This document shows positions 26,071 to 36,817 of a stretch of DNA of 58,258 bases, one piece after another. The notes beneath the pieces were generated by a model, which was given only the letters and a program-made list of their open reading frames with translations, did not search any database and was not told the DNA's origin. The position numbers and the translations under genes were made by a program. The stretch is from NCBI GenBank assembly GCA_030770535.1, contig JASVEC010000100.1, forward strand, positions 1-58,258, read 5' to 3'. The stretch comes from Batkoa obscura. Lineage: Eukaryota. Each line of letters opens with the position of its first letter. Position 1 is the stretch's first letter.

Positions 26071-27519
26071 ATGAAACTTATGAATAAATTAATACAAAAT
26101 TTTCAATATCAATCCATCCGTTCTTTACATTGTAAAAAATACTTGATCAATTCATCTCACTTAACCGACAAATCCCATCCTATTTACCAAAATTCACATA
26201 CTGATTTAGCCATTTTATTATTCAGTAAATCATATCAACAAGTGACAAAAACATATGATTATCTTCAAACTAAGTTAAATCCCAGTAACATACAAGCTAC
26301 ATTTGTGGATAATGTTATTGATAATAATTTAGAAGAAGATAATTTAGTTATATTATTAATTAATAAAGAAAATGAAAATGAAGTTTTGATCCCATTTTAT
26401 CATCAAGATAAGGATGTAAAAGATTTAAATTTCAATTCAGTAGGTAGATGGCGTGTTGGGAAGCAGACGGGGTCAGTAGAAAGGAGAGAGATGGATTTAG
26501 GAAATATGAAATCGATCTCTCAAGCTGAAAATAAAGTTAAGATACCAAAAGAATTAGAAACTGTGAAAGAGTAAGTTTTGTTTTTTATATTAAGATTAAG
26601 TATTAGATTAATGGAAATTGATTAATAGGAGCAATGGAAGTTTATTTTTAATGGGAGATAATCAATTAGAGCAATATTTACAAGTTTTAGATATTGAAAT
26701 GAAAGGGGTAACTAAGGTAAAGTATTAATCATAATCATAACAATTTAATTATATTGATTTTAATCAAAATATGTTCTTATTTCAATAGACTGGTTTTAAG
26801 TCAAGTAATACAATATTTGAGTACAATACACCTAATCAATTGTATTATAATAACAAACTCTATCAAGAAGGTTTATTAGGTTTTTATACTAACTGTATAT
26901 TACCATGGAAAGTCAGTGTTGATAGATTAACTAAAATAAGTGACGAATATGAATTAAAACAATGTCAAGGAAACATAATAATTGAATTCAAAGGATTTAA
27001 TAATGCTTGTGGATTATTGAAAGAAAAAGTAGATCAATTGGGAAATAAAAATCAAAAATTAGATTTTAATCAAGTATCAATTTGGACGAGATTAAGTAGA
27101 GAGAAGAAAGAGATAGTAAGTATAAATTAATAGTAATAAAATAATTGTATATATCTTCTTTTAGGGTTATTTTGCTATTTCAGCTGGAGATCCAAGTAAT
27201 GGGAATATTGCATTAGATACGAAATTAGATTTAAAAATTGGAGATAAAATAGAAGTAAGTTATAATAATTCAACATAATACAATAATTAACAATTTCATT
27301 TATATCTAGTTTTATTATGAAGATAATAATACTTTTATAGAAAATAGAATTAATAATAATTCTAATGAATTATCGATTAATTATTTAAATTTTGATTTAA
27401 ATTATTCTATATCTAATGAATCTAAAAAGAATTCTATTATAAATTCGGAAGGTTTAATTAATTTTAATAATGGTATATCTACTATTTTAAAGTTGAATTA
27501 TTCTAAATTAAATATTTAA
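26071..27519 (+). CDS. Uncharacterised protein, probably FIST-domain-like, with a possible mitochondrial presequence; about 5 exons
   Basis: Spliced exons give SVGRW, QCQGNIIIE and YFAISAGDPSNGNIALDTKLDLKIGDKIE, recalling FIST_C-type fungal proteins. Confidence 0.5.
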
Positions 27520-27523
27520 AATA

Positions 27524-27578
27524 ACATTAAAATAAAATAAAATAAAATAAAATAAAATAAAATAAAATAAAATAAAAT
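27524..27578. repeat. (AAAAT)n microsatellite
   Basis: About 10 tandem AAAAT units between two convergent stop codons. Confidence 0.9.
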
Positions 27579-27623
27579 AGTAATGATACAAACTTTCTTA
27601 TTTTATTTTGATTTCCTTCTTAT

Positions 27624-27641
27624 TTATCTTATCATCCCAAG

Positions 27642-27676
<35 letters not shown>

Positions 27677-28998
27677 TCTGTCCTACATGTGGTAAACCAA
27701 CCAATTTAGTCATCGAATTTAACAAAATCCAAAACAAAAGAAATAAGACTAATAAAAACTAAACAAAAAAACGTTAATTTCAAATTGTATATCCCAACAA
27801 TAAAATAATAAAAACAAATAAACAGACAATAATACAGTAAATATATAAAACAACAAACAAATGATACAACTTTTTAACTTACCATCGATTTATAACTAAA
27901 TGTTGATAAAAAAGCATCTATTAATTGACCAATTGAAATTAAACATAATTTAATAATTGAAATGGAATGAGTTGGATTTTGATTTCTACGCCTATTCCAT
28001 TCCTCACATATATTTTCCATAGCTGGTCGACGTAATTCGGGATCACATTGATTATCAATATAGTTTTTTTGAGATACAGAAATATCTCTAATTAAAGCTA
28101 AAAGAATAAGAAGAGAAAAGTTGGATTAGTAAGTGGGAGTAATGAAAAAAGAAGTTACCTTGTTGATGTGATATATAAATATTGTAAGTGTCGTTATATA
28201 AAGTGTAAATAAACACAAAACTTAATATTAATATAAAGATTAAAAATAAGATATTAATGATTAATTGTAGTACTCTTTTGTTTTAAAATTAAATATTAAT
28301 TATGCATTAAATAAATTAATGTATAATTAAATTACCTATAGATATAATATAGTTGAGTTAAACGTTGATAGTATGTGTTATTATCATTCGAAAAATTAGA
28401 ATTTGGTTTATGATTATTATTAGCATTATTATAGTTATAATTGGTATTACTTGTAGTGGATATTATATATTCATTATTTTCATTAGCATCATAAAAATCA
28501 TTCGATAAATCACTTTCATTTTTATTGTTTTTAATAAATGGATTATTATTATTATTATTATTATCTCTTGAGTTTTTCTTTTTTTTCTTATTTTGAAGAA
28601 ATATATTACCGCTTTTACCAATAATATTGTCATTATCATCATTTAAATTATCCTCATATTGATTGTTTTTATTAATCGAGCTATCAGTAATTTCATCATT
28701 GTCATTCTTCAAATTTTCATCACTTTTTTTGTTCTCTACCAACAGCTCGTCATCAATATCCTTGTTTTTATCGTTGTGATCCTTTAGATTATTTAGATTA
28801 TTTTCATTATTCCTGTCCTTAATATAGTTTTCTTTTTCAATCTCAATATCTACTTTTTTAAATTTACGATTTCTTAGTTTATCTAAATAATTAGATTGTG
28901 GTAAATATACTAATTATAAAACAAGATAACAATTATTAATATCTTATATTATAATAAATAGATATATCTTATTTACTTGAATTTTCTTTATTGCTCAT
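27624..28998 (-). CDS. BRR6: Brr6/Brl1 family nuclear envelope protein, multi-exon
   Basis: Exon ~27883-28098: ALIRDISVSQKNYIDNQCDPELRRPAMENICEEWNRRRNQNP...IDAFLSTFSYKSM, flanked by two hydrophobic TM exons; Asn-rich N-terminus. Confidence 0.75.
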
Positions 28999-29152
28999 TT
29001 TTAAAAAAAAAATTAAAAAAATGGAATTCTCACTTAAAAAATTTATGACTTCACACTTTGCATTTTCAATGAGTTGACGACTTCACTTCTTTTTCTTTTT
29101 TATTTAATAATTATTCTTATTTTAACTCAAATAACAAAAACCAGAAACTTCA

Positions 29153-29422
29153 ATGAATCCTAAAATTCAATACGACCTTAATTTAAAAGTAATAAAACGA
29201 TATGATCCAAATATAATAGCAATACTAGATTCTTCTTCGCATTCCGTTATTTATGATTTTGATGAAAAACAAATTGGTTGGGTAATTAGATTCATATTCA
29301 TTTTATTGAAATTATTTATTAATACAACTATAATTATCATTGTAGAAATTAGCTAATTATAGTGGCCCGTTATTTTTATTTAAGAGGTAAAATAGTATAC
29401 AATTTTATCTATTTAACTAATA

Positions 29423-29462
<40 letters not shown>

Positions 29463-29934
29463 TTATAATTTAGAAAAATAGCTCCTTTTTATGGCATCTT
29501 TATATTAAACAGGGAAAATTTAAATAATTTTATATTTTATTTGAGTAACGAATGTCAAGTTAGTTATAATGAATATATTAATGTTAAAAGACCTGAAAGT
29601 AAGTTAATATCATTTTAATATAAAGTAGAAATAATAATAATACATAAAATATTCAATATTCGATATTCAATATTCAATATTCAATATTCAATACTAATTT
29701 TTTTATTGAATTTTTATTTTTATAATTTAGATGGTATCTTTGGTATTTGGTTATATGAAGAAAGCGATAGAGCTAGAATTGCTTCTGCTTTGGATATGTA
29801 AGTTACTAATATTTATTTATTTATTATATATTACAATAATATATTCTAGTTATTCAAGAGTCATGGCTGATGACATAACCAGTCCAAAATTTGAAGAAAA
29901 TTTTAATTTATCAACAATCAATAAAAATTATTAA
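29153..29934 (+). CDS. DCP1: mRNA decapping subunit Dcp1 (EVH1 domain), 5 exons
   Basis: LNLKVIKRYDPNIIAILDSSSHSVIYDFD..W, SGPLFLFKR, PFYGIFILNR, GIFGIWLYEESDRARI. Confidence 0.88.
29424..29462. repeat. (AAT)n microsatellite in a DCP1 intron
   Basis: About 13 tandem AAT units. Confidence 0.9.
29649..29692. repeat. (ATATTCA)n heptamer tandem repeat in a DCP1 intron
   Basis: About 6 units, one with an A-to-G change. Confidence 0.85.
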
Positions 29935-30000
29935 TTTAATAAAAAGAACTTCATTAAACAGAATCATATTCTAATTTTATTCTCCTATCAATTCCTTTTC

Positions 30001-31059
30001 TCAACACTTCTCTATCACTGCCTGTAAAAATATTCTATCTGCTTTAACTCCCAACTTAACATTTTCCATCTTTTTATGAACATAATTAATCTCTACTACC
30101 TTAAACCCAACCTCTTGTACTAACTCTTGAAATTGATGTTGATTAAAATAAACACTAAATGTCCCATCTTGGCGTACATAAAATTGATCATCGATTTTAT
30201 TACTACTCTTAAACCGAATTTCAGCTGCATCGTATTCTGCATAATCTCGAAAGAATAGTTTACCACCTGGTTTCATGGCCTAGAACGTATTAATTAATAG
30301 GCTAATTTTTACTTTAATATAAGCTACTTACTTTATGTATATTTTCAAAGCTGGCTTTTTGTTTATTTGGTGGTATAGCAGATATTACAAATATACAAGA
30401 TACATAATCTAATTCATTTTTGACATTTTCAGATAAATCGTCTTTCGTTATATCACATACAAAAGGTATACATCTATTTGGATTATATTCTGGATGTTCC
30501 TATAGAAAATTAAAATAATAATGTTATTTAATTGATTTGACAAAATAAAATAAAATAAAATAAAATAAAAAAAGATTAATTACTTTAACAAATTGAACTG
30601 CTCTTGGTGAAAAATCACAAGCATAAAAGATTAAATTTTTAGTTTGATTTAATACTGGATAAACAAAATTTCCAACACCACAACCTACTTCCAATATATA
30701 TCTTTTCTAATTTTGAAAAAATAAAACATTATAAGTATTAATTGTTTTTTATATTAATATATTTGTCTTACTTGTTCATTTTTATCATTATTATTAATTA
30801 ATTGATTTAATTCTTCAAATTCTTTATCTATCCAATGTCGGTCTTTAAAGAAATTGACGCCATTACGTTTGTAGAATTTATCCCTGATTAAAAATTAGTT
30901 AATAGAGTTATTGAAAATTAGATAATAGAATGTATTACCAATTCTTAGATGCTTCATTACTATATTTTTTATACCAGAATTCACTTACTCCAACTTTTCG
31001 TTGTTTTAATTCTTGTTTAGTAGATTCATCAATTGTGATACACGCGGCTTTATTATTAC

Positions 31060-31098
<39 letters not shown>

Positions 31099-31156
31099 TA
31101 ATTTCATTGTTAATTGAACTGGTGGTTTCATTTAAGTTTTCATTATTTGTTGACAT
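30001..31156 (-). CDS. METTL6: tRNA m3C32 methyltransferase (METTL6/Trm140 family), about 5 exons
   Basis: EASKNWDKFYKRNGVNFFKDRHW, LEVGCGVGNFVYP, YACDFSPRAVQ, CIFVISAIPP, KPGGKLFFRDY, FYVRQDGT. Confidence 0.88.
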
Positions 31157-31389
31157 TTTTCTATTTCTATTTTTTTGTACTAAAAAACAAAATTTTATTT
31201 TTTGTTAAATTTTCTTGATTCACCACCATTTTTAATTTACTATTTTTATAAGCTACTATTTTCTTTATAATTCTTTGAACTAAAATTAAAACCTTGAATT
31301 ATAAAGAGAACTCGATAACTCTTTAAATTCTAATAAAAATACTATAAATACAATGGAAACTAACATAATATAAAATTTATTCTCAAAAA

Positions 31390-32463
31390 ATGGCTTGTAA
31401 CCTCGATTCTTATCTTTCTTCCGTTGATAATGAATGTCATTGTAAATGAATCTCAATGTTTTATTTTAACTATTGAAAATAACTAACTTTTCTTTAAAGT
31501 ATGTAACTTACCTGGTTGTGAGCGATGTAACCCCAGTGGTGAATGTATCTCATGTTATAATAATCAAACCTTACAATTAGCTGGGGATAAAGGATGTGTA
31601 CTAAAACCTGAATATTATTGTAAGAATGATTTCAATGAGGGTATTTTTATAGATGGGTCATGTAAGAGTAAGTATTATAAATAATATTTACTATATTAAT
31701 TTGTAATAACTAATTTATTAGAATGTGATAGTAATTGTTATCAATGTTATGGACCAAAAAAAGTGGAATGTTTATTATGTAAAGATAAAATAATTCAAGA
31801 TCAAATTGAATATCCGATGATAAGAAAAAAGAATGAATGTAAAGTAATAACTCAAGATCAATTTAGTAACTATTTTAATAATTGTGGAGATTATCAAATA
31901 ATTAATAAATTCGGTGTATGTGATCGTAAGCTTTGTTTCGATATTTCATTTATAAAAAGTTACTTAATCAACTCTTTATCTTAGTTTGTCCTAAAAATTG
32001 TATTTCCTGTACCTTTAATAATGTAAATAATTTATCCAATTTTAATTATACTTGTTTATCTTGTGATGATTCATTTAATTTAATTGAGGGTAAATGTATT
32101 AATAATAGCACTGATAACAATAATAATCATAACAATATAAACGAAAACAATAATAATAATAACATAAATAATAATAATAGTGACAATACCCCATCGAATG
32201 ATAGTCCTAACAATAAACCTAATTCATCTATTGATAATACTCAAATGATAGCTATATCGAGTTCAATAATAATTGTACTATTATTAATAGCCGTTCTAAT
32301 AATTTATAAGTTAATAAAAAATCATCAAGTTAAATTAAATAATCAAAAAAAAGTCATGGATTATCGCTGGAACTTAATCAATCATAACAATCAAACCAAA
32401 GATTCACAAAACTCATCTACTTTAGATGTGCCATTAACTAGTCTAAATAAATCTATTAAATAA
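31390..32463 (+). CDS. Cysteine-rich (furin-like CxxC repeat) single-pass membrane protein, 4 exons
   Basis: CNLPGCERCNPSGECISC, CDSNCYQCYGPKKVECLLC, CPKNCISC..CLSC; Asn-rich stalk; TM MIAISSSIIIVLLLIAVLIIY followed by K. Confidence 0.65.
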
Positions 32464-32543
32464 AAAATAAAAAAATTGAATTATATATATAAAATTAAAT
32501 TTATAACATATTAAAAAAACATTATTGCATACTATAAAAATAC

Positions 32544-33157
32544 TCAAACCAAACGAAAAGTATCATTAGCAATAAAATAAGCGTTAGCTTGTTGAGGGTC
32601 CGGGGATAATAAAAATATTTGAGAAAATGGATAAGCTTTTTTTTCACCGCCAAAACTAATGGTACCCGATACAAATACTTGAATACAACAAGGGCCATTT
32701 AAATACGTTGAGACTAAAAATAAAATTCAATAAATATTAGTTTTTGTTAATTAATTGAAGGGGAATTTGATAGGTTTTAAAAAAATAACTTACATGGAAG
32801 TGGATGTGAGTTGACTGTTGAAACCGTAGTTCTTGAAGTAGGTACCCTTGGTTGAAAGGTATTTATTGAGTCTAAACCTTTGATTAAATTGCCTAAAAAT
32901 AACTCATTATTAAGTTTCCATTTCAATTACTAAACTCGGCTACCATTAAACACCATTGTCGAATTCTCTTTATAAAATACGTTCCAAGACTAAAATGTTT
33001 ATTGAATATTATTTAAATAAAACTTATTTGATATTGAAGTTAGTGAAATATTTGAAATTACCAGTCTTTTATTGTCCAATATATCATAGTATGAAGCTAC
33101 AAATTTTTCAGCCACTTCAAATGCATCAGCAAATAATAATCCCATATTGATACTCAT
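32544..33157 (-). CDS. NXT1: NTF2-related export protein (Nxt1/p15-like), 4 exons
   Basis: AEKFVASYYDILDNKR, FYKENSTMVFNGN, VNSHPLP, VFVSGTISFGG, FSQIFLL, YFIANDTFRLV*. Confidence 0.8.
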
Positions 33158-33840
33158 CTTTGCGTTATCTTTTTTTTTAAATCTTGCTATTAGTATATAT
33201 TGGCTTGTAAAGTTATAATTAAGTTTCAATTGATTATGTATTTTTTGGTTGTTGGATTCTATCTATTTCCCTTTTTTAATAAAAAAATAACATTTAATTT
33301 TTTTTAAATATCTTTTAATGTGACCAAGATTGCAAAGATTTGGATCAATTTGTCCAATGAAATCTTTAGTTGATAGAAATTAATTGCAAAATTGGATGTG
33401 GAAGGAAGATAACTTTATTAAATTTGAGTCCAAACTTAAAAAAAAAGATTAATTATAGTATTTTATAAAGAGTATACAGCTAATTCAATATCTAAAAAAA
33501 ATGTCAAGAAATAAAATAATTGATATTAAATATATGTCTTGGTTTTAATGTTTTTTTTACAACACATTATTATAAATAATTGTATAAACTTATTAATATC
33601 AAAACTAAGGATAATAAATAAATAAAGCTGTTTTTATAAAAAGTTGATTATATTGAACTTTATATATATACATAAAAGTTTTAATTTTATTATTAAACAT
33701 AATCTTATCGAACAGTATATAATATGAAATGCAAAGATTTATTTATCAAAAAAACTTGGTAACCAGATATCACTAGTACTACTGTTTACTTTAAATTTTA
33801 AGCTTTTTAAAAAATTCCCACTATCCTTCGGAAGTTAGTA

Positions 33841-33938
33841 TATGAAGATGTATTTTTTTGTTTAATTTGCAATCTTTTTGCTCAAACAGTGATTAAAAAA
33901 TGAAAAAAGTGATGAAACCAAAAAAAAACATCCTCACA
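33841..33938 (+). mobile_element. MITE-like element, copy E
   Basis: TA-TGAAGATGTATTT...GATGAAACCAAAAAAAAACATCCTCA. Confidence 0.65.
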
Positions 33939-34852
33939 TGTTTTATTTTGGATTCAACTACAAAGCCATTAACCCAAATATGCTCTAGAATCTTTTTTAT
34001 CTTAGAAAGTGATATTGTCCACCGCTCCTTGATAGCACCAATTATTAAATATTTTTTGTATTTATTTTTGTCGCTTGTTTGTTTCAATCTTCACAAATAA
34101 TAACTTGATGTTGCTGACATCCTTTTTATAATTATGTGCCTATGGTAGTGTTTATTTAGAATGAAAGAATGAATGAATAAAATCATAAATCACTAACGCG
34201 AGTTAAAGGGAGGAAAGGTCTTTAACATTAGTAGAATTTTTTGGCCTAAACGTGCTCACCTCAAGAATTTTCTAATCTGATTTAAATTTCTGTGATTTAA
34301 AAGAGGTTAGGAAGAATTCATTAATAAGAAAGTGTTTCTGTTTTAGTATAAATAAAGAGATAAGGACTGCATGACATTTATTTTCAAGAACCATTTTGCA
34401 GTAGTATCTATGAATGATACATATGACTAATATTCCAAGTGATGATAAATGGGGATCGGAGCTTACCGTCATCTTTTTATAAATATTCTACTTTTTTTTT
34501 ATTTCTTCTCAACCTTTGTTTAGCACTTTTGGCAAAAATATATTTTGATCCTATATCAAATTTTTCTTTATAAAAGAGTCAATGTAGTTTACGATTCTTT
34601 TCCTCTTTATGGAATGTAAAATCAAATAGTCAAATGAATTAAATTAATGTTTATTATACTTTTTCTTATAAAGAAAAAAGAGATGCCTTATGATTGAAAT
34701 TTATTCTGCTCTCTATTATTTGTTTATAAATCACTTAGGAATTTGAACTCTTTCAAAAAATCAAAAAAATAAATATTTTAATTTAAAACTTTACAAAAAA
34801 AAACTTTAACAATAGAGTTGATTTTATTAATTACATATATTTGTTACTTTTT

Positions 34853-36745
34853 TTATAAATCTTTGGCAACCTGTTCCCAGACCTTGTATGGATTGAAAGC
34901 AGTATCAGCATTATAAGCTTTATGATTTTTGGCTGGATTCCAAGTAAATTCTAATGGACGAAGCTCCTTAAATCTGGAAGAGTAAGATTCTCTAACAGTG
35001 AAACGAACGCCACCTTTAGTTGGAAGTGGTTGTGGAGCAGCAGGGTCTTTATTTAATCCAGAATATTCTAAGCTACCTAAAAGGCCATCAAGAGAATAAA
35101 CAGTACCACCAGCAAGGGAACCAATAGTAGCATCTTTATATTTAAGGCCACCAAAAGCATAACTCTTAACATCATGGAATTCTTGCATACCGTTACTTAA
35201 AAGGGTACAAGTAGAATAACAGATAGAGTTGGAAACTAAAGCAATATTTTCAGTTTTAAATGGTTGAGTATTGTTAACTAATAAAGATCTCAATGGATTA
35301 GCACCACATTTTTCTTGGAATTGAGGAGTGTATTGACTATTTCTGTTAATACCACGATAATAGGTCTTAATTTCAGTGAAAGCATTTTCAGTAGCAAATG
35401 GTTTTCCATCAGGTTGATTGTAGCTACCTGGGTTAAAGAAACCATAATCTTCATTTTGGGTAAGTTTAGCAAGTAATGGAGAATAATGCATATCAGTATT
35501 GAAAAATTTAGTAGTTGCATTTGGGAAGAGATAATCCAATACATTATAACCCCAACAGATATAACCACCACCATTGTTACTTACATCTAAGATCAATTTT
35601 TCAACTTTTTCATCTTGAAGGGTTTTAAAGCCTTGGATTATTTCAGTAAACCATTTCAATCTATTATCGGCTGAAAAAGTAGAAATATGTACAACACCTA
35701 CATTATCAGGTAAGATATATGTTTTAACGTAAGTACCATCAACTACAGCAGTTAAAAGAGGATCAATCAATCTAGAGTCTTTAGATTCAATTGGGGCTTC
35801 AATTGGGATTTCCTTAACTTCAGGTACTTCTAATAATTGAAGTTCATTGGCATTTTTATTATCACCAGCTTTAGGAACATCAGCTCCACAGTTGTTTTTA
35901 TAAAAGGAATCAGCATTAGTAAATGGAAGTGCTACATTTGGAGTAGCAATATAAGGTACAACAACTTCTTTTTCATCATTACCAACACGAATTCTAAAAG
36001 TTAAAGTTTCTTTAACTGGTGGAATAGTAGTAGAACCAAAGCTACCATAACTAATACCCCACTGACCATTACTTTGAATGGAACGTGCAAGCGCATAATT
36101 CATACGAGAGTTAACATCTCTTGATGTACCAACATAATGTTTGGCGTACTCTTCGACAAATTCGAGTGGTTGTTTACCATCAATCGATAATACTTCAGCA
36201 CCAGCATAGCTTAACACATCTACACCAGCGGCTTTCCAAGCATCAAGAAGAGGTTGGGCATATTTTAAACCTTGAGGGATTTTAACTCGGATTTCTCCCC
36301 ATTTACCTTCTTCTGGGTATAATGGGAATGGTTGTCTGAATACGAAACTAGTGAAACATTGTGAAGTATATCTAGTATGACCATCTTCTAAAGTGTTAAA
36401 GAATTTAGCAATAGAGACTTGGAAATCACGTTCAGTATCATATTTTTTAGATAAGACTTTGTTCAATTCAGCTTCAATATCAATATAACTAGGTACTTTT
36501 GGATCAGGGGATCTTTTAGCAATATCGATAAAAGCATAGAAAGGAAGGATCTTTTTTAAAGTATCTGAAACACCATCACGTACTTTATCAGTTAATTTAA
36601 AGTTATCATAACAAGCAAGGACATCATTGTAACTAACTACTGATTTTTTAGCAATTTTGGCACAAGGATCAGCAGCTCCAACGTTGGTTTGACCAGATAC
36701 TAAAGTAACTAAAAGAGTTACTATTGGAAAAAAATTAAGTTGCAT
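34853..36745 (-). CDS. Secreted S41-family serine peptidase, copy 2, intronless; inverted paralog of 13665-15560
   Basis: Same motifs as copy 1; about 70 substitutions over 630 aa by manual count. Confidence 0.88.
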   Translation of the reverse strand: MQLNFFPIVTLLVTLVSGQTNVGAADPCAKIAKKSVVSYNDVLACYDNFKLTDKVRDGVSDTLKKILPFYAFIDIAKRSPDPKVPSYIDIEAELNKVLSKKYDTERDFQVSIAKFFNTLEDGHTRYTSQCFTSFVFRQPFPLYPEEGKWGEIRVKIPQGLKYAQPLLDAWKAAGVDVLSYAGAEVLSIDGKQPLEFVEEYAKHYVGTSRDVNSRMNYALARSIQSNGQWGISYGSFGSTTIPPVKETLTFRIRVGNDEKEVVVPYIATPNVALPFTNADSFYKNNCGADVPKAGDNKNANELQLLEVPEVKEIPIEAPIESKDSRLIDPLLTAVVDGTYVKTYILPDNVGVVHISTFSADNRLKWFTEIIQGFKTLQDEKVEKLILDVSNNGGGYICWGYNVLDYLFPNATTKFFNTDMHYSPLLAKLTQNEDYGFFNPGSYNQPDGKPFATENAFTEIKTYYRGINRNSQYTPQFQEKCGANPLRSLLVNNTQPFKTENIALVSNSICYSTCTLLSNGMQEFHDVKSYAFGGLKYKDATIGSLAGGTVYSLDGLLGSLEYSGLNKDPAAPQPLPTKGGVRFTVRESYSSRFKELRPLEFTWNPAKNHKAYNADTAFNPYKVWEQVAKDL

Positions 36746-36807
36746 AGTATTAAATAAATAATTATTTTATAAAATAATTTGATAACCTATTTAAATCTAT
36801 TTTAGCC

Positions 36808-36817
36808 GCTTTATATA
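36808..36817 (-). promoter_or_regulatory. TATA box of S41 peptidase copy 2
   Basis: Reverse-strand TATATAAAGC about 70 nt upstream of the ATG. Confidence 0.6.
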
